This document shows positions 1-5,356 of a stretch of 15,366 nucleotides of DNA, piece after piece. The stretch is from Escherichia coli. Lineage in GTDB: Bacteria > Pseudomonadota > Gammaproteobacteria > Enterobacterales > Enterobacteriaceae. A program made the translations under genes and the position numbers. A model generated the notes under the pieces. That model had not been told where the DNA came from. It saw nothing but the letters and a program-made list of their open reading frames with translations, and searched no databases. Every line of letters begins with the position of its first letter. Positions within the stretch are counted from its first letter, which is position 1. Location: NCBI RefSeq assembly GCF_003334315.1, contig NZ_QOWR01000075.1; one strand, given 5' to 3'.

Positions 1-105
1 ATTATATCGAATGTGATTACAATCGGTGGCGGCGGCACAGTTGGTGTGGCGGCCTCAGTCCGGAACAATTTGAAAACAAGAACCTCGCTTAGGCCTGTGT
101 CCATA

Positions 106-483
106 TTACGTGGGTAGGATCAGATCAGGAACAGCTTTAACAGTAGCTTCTTGTTGTGTCTTGGCTTCTTGTCTAGCTTCTTCTTGTGGAATATCTACCA
201 CTTGATAGACATTAGAACTTCCTGGTCGTGCATCTTTTATAATTAACCCCATTTCGAGCAATTTCTTAACCCTTTCCTCTGCTGCTCTTGGTGTTATGCC
301 AAAAACATCGCCTATCTTAGCGTAAGAGGGAAATGCACGATCAAACCCTTTCAGATAGCAGTAAAGATTTTTAGCACTATCTGTAAATTTATGCCCGTTT
401 ACTTGGCTTATTTTTAGAATCCACATAGGAACTTTTACAAATTGTTCTTCATTAATCATTAAAAATCTCCTTGATGTAATCAC
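106..483 (-). CDS. HTH_36-like winged-helix DNA-binding protein, 125 aa (putative replication-initiator-like or regulatory protein of the element)
   Basis: ORF MITSRRFLMINEEQFVKVPMWILK...; the central segment SAKNLYCYLKGFDRAFPSYAKIGDVFGITPRAAEERVKKLLEMGLI has the pattern I associate with the HTH_36 family found in phage/plasmid Rep-like proteins. Strong RBS: the minus strand reads AAGGAGA about 7 nt before the ATG. Last gene of a tightly packed three-gene operon. Confidence 0.55.
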   Translation of the reverse strand: MITSRRFLMINEEQFVKVPMWILKISQVNGHKFTDSAKNLYCYLKGFDRAFPSYAKIGDVFGITPRAAEERVKKLLEMGLIIKDARPGSSNVYQVVDIPQEEARQEAKTQQEATVKAVPDLILPT

Positions 484-512
484 GCTCTATGGCGCTACTA
501 TGGTGATAAAAA

Positions 513-683
513 TCACTTGCTTTTATTTGAGAGTGTTTCAGCCTCTCTTTTCAACATATCAAGAATGTAATCTGTGACAGTGATACGTCTACTTCTGGCT
601 TCTTTAAATAACACCTGAAATACTTCATCAGGAATATGAAAGCAAGTGCGTGGTTGTCTTTTCTTTTCTGTAGTTTCGCTCAT
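513..683 (-). CDS. Small ribbon-helix-helix-like (CopG/Arc-type) protein, 56 aa; absent from the supplied ORF track (below length cutoff)
   Basis: Hand translation of the minus strand: MSETTEKKRQPRTCFHIPDEVFQVLFKEARSRRITVTDYILDMLKREAETLSNKSK, stop TGA (complement at 513-515). The pattern basic N-terminus, beta-strand (TCFHIPDEV), helix (FQVLFKEARSRR), helix (ITVTDYILDMLK) is RHH-like. Strong RBS AAGGAG 6 nt upstream; 19-nt gap to the upstream gene and 29-nt gap to the downstream gene. Confidence 0.35.
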   Translation of the reverse strand: MSETTEKKRQPRTCFHIPDEVFQVLFKEARSRRITVTDYILDMLKREAETLSNKSK

Positions 684-702
684 AGTTTTCTCCTTCTATT
701 CT

Positions 703-891
703 TTACTCTGTTTCAGATTCTTTTTCATTTTTTCTTAATTCATCAATAATCTTGAGTGCTTCATTGAAGCAAGCTGCTCGCTCTGGATAACCTCGACTCC
801 TTGCCATATTACGATTCATTACTATTTGGTGGCGTGTAAGCTCACCTTTTTTAAATGCCGCGACAACGTGTTCCGATGTGAACCATTTCAT
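703..891 (-). CDS. Hypothetical small protein, 62 aa; first gene of the three-gene operon
   Basis: ORF MKWFTSEHVVAAFKKGELTRHQIVMNRNMARSRGYPERAACFNEALKIIDELRKNEKESETE with a strong RBS (minus strand TAAGGAGTTTTTT then ATG). I do not recognise a family. Confidence 0.4.
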   Translation of the reverse strand: MKWFTSEHVVAAFKKGELTRHQIVMNRNMARSRGYPERAACFNEALKIIDELRKNEKESETE

Positions 892-1122
892 AAAAAACTC
901 CTTATTCAGTTAAAAGAAAAACACCTTGCAAGCCTGACGGCTTCAAAGTGCATTGATTTTGATTATTTAGAGAAGAATGTTTTTCTGTCCCTCTAATACC
1001 TATTATTACATATAAAGAAACATTTGTCAATACCTTTTCACAAAAAATCTGATCTTTTTCATGTACTTACATTTTTTCTTAGCAATTCGTGCTCTTCTGT
1101 GTAGTGCTATTCTTCCTTATTG

Positions 1123-1145
1123 TCTAAAACGCTCTAAAACGCGTT
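1123..1145. repeat. Tandem 10-bp direct repeat tctaaaacgc x2 running into the palindrome AACGCGTT
   Basis: Seen directly: tctaaaacgc at 1123-1132 and 1133-1142, followed by a degenerate third unit (gttctaacga). Lies in the non-coding region upstream of the minus-strand operon. Confidence 0.4.
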
Positions 1146-1461
1146 CTAACGAGGTTTTGATAAAAGCAATACATTCCCTTATGTAATGGCTGTTTAGCTC
1201 GCCAGAGGCTTATTTAAGGGGCTTATTTTGTATTTGTTAGGTATATGAAAAGGTGATGGTAGATATAAGATAGAGAGTCACTTTATAAAACGCTCTGTAA
1301 AGCCCTGTAGTGAGTTTATATATGTAGGCAATGCGTTTCCATTCCCTACCCTGCTTAATGCTGTTAGAGAAGCATTTAGACCCCTTATTTTTAATTACCT
1401 AAAGTATCCTCTATACATTCCTGTTATGAAACACCTCTGAATCCTTCATAAAACACATTAT

Positions 1462-1517
1462 GACGCAAAGAACACTTTTCTAAGGTGATTCCCTTCCTGA
1501 ATGCTGTTTCTTGCGTC
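1462..1517. repeat. Imperfect inverted repeat, 13-nt arms (gacgcaaagaaca ... tgtttcttgcgtc), 30-nt spacer
   Basis: Seen directly; 11 of 13 positions are complementary. Possible operator or RNA hairpin. Confidence 0.4.
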
Positions 1518-1560
1518 AAAGAGCTACACAGAGCTTATAAAGCTATTATTAATAATAAAG

Positions 1561-1620
1561 TAGACAAAGTAAGTAAGATAAGTAAGTAAGATAACTAAGA
1601 TAGATAAGATTAATAAGATC
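1561..1620. repeat. Degenerate AT-rich short tandem repeat (aagtaag / ataagat units)
   Basis: Seen directly: aagtaagataagtaagtaagataactaagatagataagattaataagatc. Confidence 0.6.
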
Positions 1621-1630
1621 AGAATTCTCT

Positions 1631-1660
1631 TTCGGTGTCGCCTCTGGCTTTTCCACCGAA
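1631..1660. other. Hairpin-forming inverted repeat ttcggtg-N16-caccgaa
   Basis: Seen directly: 7-bp perfect arms with a T-rich loop (tcgcctctggcttttc), located just before the first 42-bp direct repeat. Confidence 0.35.
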
Positions 1661-1663
1661 AAC

Positions 1664-1828
1664 AATTACACAACTACAGAGAATAACGAGAGTTATTAAA
1701 TGTAGAAAGTGGAATTGTATTGAGGCTTAGTGAAATTACACGAGGAAAGCAGAGTGTAATTGAGCTTTAGCCGCTCTCTCTTCGAGTAATTACACAACTA
1801 CAGAGAATAACAGAGTTATTAAATGTAG
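1664..1828. repeat. Pair of 41/42-bp direct repeats (aattacacaactacagagaataac(g)agagttattaaatgtag) about 124 bp apart
   Basis: Seen directly: copy 1 at 1664-1705, copy 2 at 1788-1828, differing by a single g indel. Each contains the short palindrome aataac...gttatt and is followed by similar sequence (gaaagtggaatt / gagggtaatt). Confidence 0.7.
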
Positions 1829-1917
1829 GAGGGTAATTAAGAGTTAGAGAGAGTTAACACATAAGCAATCAGTATGATTGGTTAGGTGATTACTCTTCTG
1901 CGCACAGCGCAATAGTA

Positions 1918-1960
1918 TTTCTTCGTGGGCGTTACCGCCAACGATAGTTACACGAAGAAA
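1918..1960. other. Strong stem-loop: 10-bp perfect inverted repeat tttcttcgtg / cacgaagaaa enclosing a nested ggcg-ttac-cgcc hairpin, within a locally GC-richer segment (about 1860-2075); candidate structured RNA or protein-binding site
   Basis: Seen directly. The 75-codon minus-strand ORF over this segment has no obvious RBS or protein-like composition, so I favour a structural element over a CDS. Confidence 0.4.
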
Positions 1961-2128
1961 GTAACGCTTTGCTTTCGGTGTGAGCGGAACGGGCCAGCCA
2001 CGAAGCCCAAAGGTAGCGGAGTAAGGCTGCTTGCCAGAGAGTGAAGCTAACGCCGGAAGGCAAAAGATCATATAAATAAATATATAATATTATAATTTAA
2101 TAAGTAATTTAATAAATGATCTAATAGG

Positions 2129-2262
2129 TAACAGAATTCTGTGGGGGTGTCTAACAGTTTTCTGTGGGGGTGTCTAACAGAATTCTGTTAGGGTGGGGTA
2201 ACAGAATTTTGTTAGGGTAAAAATCTCTTTAAAAGTTAAGATTAACAGAATTCTGTGGGGGG
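2129..2262. repeat. Repeat family A: palindrome (t)AACAGAATTCTGT(T) followed by G-runs (gtggggg); direct repeat ctgtgggggtgtctaacag x2
   Basis: Seen directly: copies starting near 2129, 2176, 2199 (degenerate, aattttgtt) and 2243, with a fifth at 2538. ACAGAATTCTGT is a perfect 12-bp palindrome, a likely dimeric DNA-binding-protein site. Confidence 0.7.
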
Positions 2263-2325
2263 TAGCTCACAGTGACCTACCCCCTAGTTCACTATGACCT
2301 ACCCCCCTAGGTCACAGTGACCTAT
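2263..2325. repeat. Iteron cluster 1 (family B): three roughly 21-bp units tag(c/t)tcac(a/t)(g/a)tgacctacccc; the third is the perfect palindrome AGGTCACAGTGACCT
   Basis: Seen directly: 2263-2284, 2285-2307 and 2307-2325; the palindrome is at 2309-2323. Confidence 0.7.
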
Positions 2326-2349
2326 ATAGTATAAAGAATATTATTTATA

Positions 2350-2377
2350 TTATTTAATTATAGTATTTAATTATAGT
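2350..2377. repeat. AT-rich 13-bp tandem repeat (atttaattatagt x2) in a roughly 50-bp A+T tract; candidate DNA-unwinding element
   Basis: Seen directly, lying between iteron families B and C. Iterons next to an AT-rich tract is the classical origin layout. Confidence 0.45.
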
Positions 2378-2385
2378 ATTGGTGG

Positions 2386-2483
2386 AACTCATTTCCTAGG
2401 TAGGTAGGAACTAATTTCCTAAGTAGGTAGGAAACCACTTCCTAGGTTACTTCCTAAATAGATCGGAAATCATTTCCTAGGTG
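2386..2483. repeat. Repeat family C: (a/c)tttcctagg(taggtagga) units at roughly 22-bp spacing (4-5 copies); contains the palindrome CCTAGG
   Basis: Seen directly: tttcctagg at 2392, tttcctaag at 2414, cttcctagg at 2438, cttcctaaa at 2451, tttcctagg at 2473. Confidence 0.6.
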
Positions 2484-2498
2484 TTATTTATACTTATC

Positions 2499-2535
2499 GG
2501 GTATCAGTTTTGATAGGGGTATCAGACTTGATAGG
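2499..2535. repeat. Repeat family D: gggtatcag(tt/ac)ttgatag x2 in tandem, 19-bp period
   Basis: Seen directly at 2499-2516 and 2517/2518-2535. Confidence 0.6.
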
Positions 2536-2556
2536 GGTAACAGAATTCTGTGGGGG

Positions 2557-2618
2557 TAGTTCACTATGACCTACCCCTAGTTCACTGTGAGCTACCCCTA
2601 GTTCACTGTGAGCTACCG
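2557..2618. repeat. Iteron cluster 2 (family B): three head-to-tail 21-bp units tagttcac(t)(a/g)tga(c/g)ctacc(cc)
   Basis: Seen directly: 2557-2577, 2578-2598 and 2599-2618, with exact 21-bp periodicity (two helical turns), as expected for Rep-binding iterons. Confidence 0.75.
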
Positions 2619-2712
2619 TTACATCCAATCATCTGTCGATGTAACATATCGTTACTACCAACTTTCTTACAAAGAGCATTTCAGATAGCTGAATGTAACC
2701 TCTCGTTACATC
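2617..2712. repeat. Palindrome-rich block: gttacatc-N12-gatgtaac, gtaac-atatc-gttac, and cgttacatcc repeated (2617 and 2703)
   Basis: Seen directly. Confidence 0.5.
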
Positions 2713-2729
2713 CATTTGTCACATAGCAC

Positions 2730-3210
2730 TCTGTGTAATGCCTTTCTATGTGTGTGCCATAATCCCCCTATATTCCCTGTGTAAATCATAGAATAATGCT
2801 CTCTATTCCCTGTGTAATTCCCTACTAAAAATCAATGAAAAAGTAGCTTAAAGTTGCAATTCTTACTTTCTTCACTTTTACATCACTTTCGCAAAGCCTT
2901 GTGTAATGCGGCTTACAGAGCACCATCAGAAATTGTTGGCTAAAAATTATTCTGCTTGTTTCTGAACGAGTTTTCTCGTTTGTGCAAATTTTAAAATTTA
3001 TTTTGTTTTTACAGCCTTATTTCGTGTAATGCGTGGCATAGCAAGCCCTTTTCTTGTGTTGTCAAGACATTTGGCAACGTTCAAACATCTGTTTAGAAAT
3101 GCCAAATTGTTGATCTAACAAATAAACCTGTATAAACAGAACACCATTTAATCTATTCCCCTGTGTATCCATTAGGCATACCAAATGAATACAGCTAAAT
3201 CGTGTAATAT
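2730..3210. repeat. Dispersed motif (c)tgtgtaat(g) recurring about 7 times, including the direct repeat tattccctgtgtaa x2 (2770-2818)
   Basis: Seen directly near 2733, 2779, 2811, 2901, 3026, 3161 (variant tgtgtatcc) and 3203. The region is non-coding and leads up to the recombinase gene. Confidence 0.45.
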
Positions 3211-3262
3211 TCCGTACCCATAAGGCTTGAAACAGACCAAATGAATACGGTATACTCATTTG
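3169..3262. promoter_or_regulatory. Putative res/hix-like recombinase binding region: duplicated motif cat(t/a)aggc..accaaatgaatac(a/g)g plus the palindrome caaatga-N11-tcatttg
   Basis: Seen directly: copy 1 at 3169-3194, copy 2 at 3217-3250, palindrome at 3238-3262 with the palindromic core gtatac. The location immediately 5' of a resolvase-family gene is where res sites sit in Tn3-family and plasmid resolution systems. Confidence 0.4.
3227..3256 (+). promoter_or_regulatory. Putative sigma70 promoter of the recombinase gene (-35 TTGAAA, 18-bp spacer, -10 TATACT)
   Basis: -35 at 3227-3232, -10 at 3251-3256, about 45 nt upstream of the ATG at 3302. The -10 lies inside the palindrome, which would suggest autoregulation. 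Sequence-pattern inference only. Confidence 0.35.
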
Positions 3263-3301
3263 CATTTAAGTAGTGCCAAATCGACACATTAAGAGGATTT
3301 T

Positions 3302-3841
3302 ATGAGCAATATCGGTTATAAGCGTGTGAGCACTGTAGATCAGAACACTGATCGCCAGCTTGCAGGAGTAACTCTCGATAAAGTCTTTGAAGATAAGCTG
3401 TCTGGTAAAGACACTAACCGCCCAGGCTTACAAGCGTGTTTAGCCTATCTGAGAGAAGGCGACACCTTACACGTGCACTCTCTCGACCGTTTAGGACGTA
3501 ACACCTTAGACATCCTTGCTTTAGTTGAACAACTTAATAATCGAGGTGTAATTGTTCGATTTCACAAAGAAGGAATCATTGCAGACATTACAAGCGCGAT
3601 GGGAAAGATGATGCTTACGATGTTGTCGGCAGTTGCAACGTGTGAACGTGAACTGATGTTAGAACGTAAACGAGAAGCGCAAGCCGTCAATCCTACAAAA
3701 CGTGGTAATGGAAAAGCAGTGGATCGAGAAGGTATAAAGAAAGCCCTTTCTGATGGCCTGTCAGTGCGTAAAACCGCCGAGAGCTTTAATGTTGCTCCTT
3801 CAACGGTGCAACGTATCAAGAAGGAAGAAGAGGAGGCGTAA
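3302..3841 (+). CDS. Small serine recombinase (resolvase/invertase family), 179 aa
   Basis: N-terminal GYKRVSTVDQ is the catalytic-serine motif of serine recombinases. Conserved blocks FEDKLSG, RPGL, LDRLGR and SAVATCERELMLER resemble the Tn3 TnpR, Gin and Hin layout. A C-terminal HTH is present (LSVRKTAESFNVAPSTVQRIKK). RBS AAGAGGA lies 5 nt upstream. Not identical to the Pin or Gin sequences I recall. Confidence 0.85.
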   Translation: MSNIGYKRVSTVDQNTDRQLAGVTLDKVFEDKLSGKDTNRPGLQACLAYLREGDTLHVHSLDRLGRNTLDILALVEQLNNRGVIVRFHKEGIIADITSAMGKMMLTMLSAVATCERELMLERKREAQAVNPTKRGNGKAVDREGIKKALSDGLSVRKTAESFNVAPSTVQRIKKEEEEA

Positions 3842-3850
3842 TGCCTCCTT
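3829..3850 (+). terminator. Possible hairpin at the recombinase stop (ggaggcg-taa-tgcctcc)
   Basis: 6-bp GC stem spanning the stop codon, followed by ttgatattt. Weak T-tract, so low confidence. Confidence 0.25.
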
Positions 3851-4077
3851 GATATTTGAGAATTGTCGCTGCGTGGACCTGACGGCGCTGATCTTCTCGT
3901 TAAGCGATGATCACGTATGCGCCGATTTCAGAGAAAAAGACAGTAACTGAACTCACTATGAAGGCTAAACGTATCTTTACACTTGATGAAAACGTTCAAA
4001 AAACAACCTAACCCCAAAATTCAACAAATTGCAACACATTGTTTTTAAAAGAAAATTAAATCTACATCAAATATTGG

Positions 4078-4106
4078 TTGACGTAGATTGAGGTGAATAG
4101 TAGACT
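4078..4106 (+). promoter_or_regulatory. Putative promoter for the small hydrophobic ORF (-35 TTGACG, 17-bp spacer, -10 TAGACT)
   Basis: Pattern match only; would give a leader of about 70 nt before the ATG at 4183. Confidence 0.25.
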
Positions 4107-4182
4107 ATTAGGGTAAATTACCACCCTTGTAACATCATTTAATGCATGTTCTAATCTTCCTATCGTAAAACCGGAGGAAGTT

Positions 4183-4341
4183 ATGCATTTACTTTCAAAA
4201 CATCTTCACACTATTCACTTTCTCGTTATTGATGTATTCGTTGTGGCTATTAGTTACCGCATTTGCATCGCTTCCAGTGAAGAGATGGACGCTGTTGCAA
4301 TTATTGCTCAAGCAATGGCGATATTAACTAAACGACTTTAA
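4183..4341 (+). CDS. Small hydrophobic protein, 52 aa (candidate small membrane protein or toxin-like peptide); absent from the ORF track
   Basis: Hand translation: MHLLSKHLHTIHFLVIDVFVVAISYRICIASSEEMDAVAIIAQAMAILTKRL, stop TAA at 4339-4341. Strong RBS GGAGGAAG 5-6 nt upstream. A roughly 20-residue hydrophobic stretch is consistent with one transmembrane helix. Confidence 0.35.
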   Translation: MHLLSKHLHTIHFLVIDVFVVAISYRICIASSEEMDAVAIIAQAMAILTKRL

Positions 4342-4354
4342 TAATTTCACTATC

Positions 4355-4398
4355 AGGCGCATAAACACATCTTTGATCGCTGGATGTGTTATGCGCCT
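4355..4398. terminator. Long near-perfect inverted repeat (aggcgcataaacacatc - N11 - gatgtgttatgcgcct) between the two convergent small ORFs; candidate bidirectional terminator or operator
   Basis: Seen directly: arms at 4355-4371 and 4383-4398, 16 of 17 positions paired with one bulged A. The position between convergent ORFs fits a terminator, though flanking T-tracts are weak. Confidence 0.45.
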
Positions 4399-4407
4399 AC
4401 TGGTGAT

Positions 4408-4560
4408 TCAATCCTTAAGCCATTTCAACTCACTAAGGAGTTTTCTTTCTTCGTTCTCTCGTTGCTTTCGCTCTAGCCAGGCTTTTCCCTCTGGCGTAGA
4501 CAGGAACTTACGAGCGTGAATCTTGCGGTTATTACGTTTTATAGCTGCAATGTTTTTCAT
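4408..4560 (-). CDS. Small basic protein, 50 aa, hypothetical; absent from the ORF track
   Basis: Hand translation of the minus strand: MKNIAAIKRNNRKIHARKFLSTPEGKAWLERKQRENEERKLLSELKWLKD, stop TGA (complement at 4408-4410). A possible RBS (AGAGG) lies upstream. I do not recognise a family. Confidence 0.3.
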   Translation of the reverse strand: MKNIAAIKRNNRKIHARKFLSTPEGKAWLERKQRENEERKLLSELKWLKD

Positions 4561-5166
4561 CGTGTTGCCTCTGTATTCATATGAAAATTAACAAGTTACA
4601 TACTACACAGGGAGACTACGCATAAAACACAATACAAGTAAAGATACATTTTCAAGACAATAGGAGCCATAAAGCGCCTTTGATGGTTATACCAAAAAAT
4701 AAGCGCCGTAGGCGTATCCACTAAAAAGGGCTTTTTCACAAAAGCTATGAAGTCTTAGCAGTTCTTCTCTTATCAGGCACCCGTTGTACTCCGGTGGACG
4801 AAACCGTGCTAGAGCTTGATTCTTTCCCGATCAAGTTAGGTTTTGAAGAGGTGGGCTTTAATCCACTATTGCACTTAAAACTCTTCCCATCATTTAGCCT
4901 GTTTATCCTCTGCAACGTCTCACGACGTGTAGCATCATTGGACACCGCGCCAGGTGTGGAACATCTTGCTAAGAGTTTTGGTAGAAGGTTTAGAGACGGT
5001 GGCACGTCTTCCAGCTTCAAAGGAACTTGTTACGAGGTTGAGCCTGGGAACTACTCGCCCATACGTGTTACACTACCAAAGCCCATAACAACGTATAGGC
5101 GTTTGTAAGTGATAACAGAAGATACAATTTCTTAGAGAAGTTAAGCTAAGTTATTGATTTTCTTGA

Positions 5167-5242
5167 TGGTGCCGATAATAGGAGTCGAACCTACGACCTT
5201 CGCATTACGAATGCGCTGCTCTACCAACTGAGCTATATCGGC
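5167..5242 (-). tRNA. thrW: tRNA-Thr (anticodon CGU), thrW-like
   Basis: The minus strand reads GCCGATATAGCTCAGTTGGTAGAGCAGCGCATTCGTAATGCGAAGGTCGTAGGTTCGACTCCTATTATCGGCACCA: cloverleaf features, anticodon loop TTCGTAA, encoded CCA. It sits downstream of proA as in E. coli. Confidence 0.95.
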
Positions 5243-5356
5243 CCTGAAAGGACATGTTCACGAACGTGAATCACGGTGGACAAGGTTAAAACTAACCGGG
5301 CGATGCGTCAATGGCCTTGTGAATCAAATGGCTACTTTTGCATCACCCGGTTTTAT

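Larger units (their letters stand above)
1..5166. mobile_element. Putative integrated foreign element (island) abutting the 3' end of thrW; only part of it is in the window
   Basis: Visibly AT-rich compared with the core genes from 5167 onward. Content is plasmid/phage-like: HTH_36-like and RHH-like small proteins, a serine recombinase, iteron-like repeats. The boundary coincides with the 3' end of tRNA-Thr, a classical island integration point. Extent to the left is unknown and no integrase is seen in the window. Confidence 0.45.

Noticed and set aside
892-1000. Sigma70 promoter for the three-gene operon
   Set aside because: The best candidate (TTGCAA ... TGAATA on the minus strand) has a poor -10; not annotated.
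1844-2071. 75-aa minus-strand ORF in the GC-richer segment of the island
   Set aside because: No RBS, odd composition, and it overlaps strong inverted repeats; more likely a structural or RNA element than a protein.
2129-2618. CRISPR array as an explanation for the repeat clusters
   Set aside because: The repeats are directly abutting iterons or palindromes with no regularly spaced unique spacers, come in several unrelated families, and no cas genes are nearby.
3062-3265. 67-aa minus-strand ORF upstream of the recombinase
   Set aside because: Lies over the repeated res-like motifs and the putative recombinase promoter; no RBS; non-protein-like sequence.
3562-3950. ORFs 3562-3819 (minus) and 3753-3950 (plus) overlapping the recombinase gene
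   Set aside because: Antisense or out-of-frame shadows of the well-supported recombinase CDS.
4690-4700. DnaA box near gtatccact
   Set aside because: Only a partial match to the TTATCCACA consensus, and isolated.
4745-5108. Mutually overlapping ORFs 4745-5020 (minus) and 4794-5108 (plus) next to thrW
   Set aside because: They overlap on opposite strands, have no RBS and no recognisable domain; kept only as an unexplained non-coding region.
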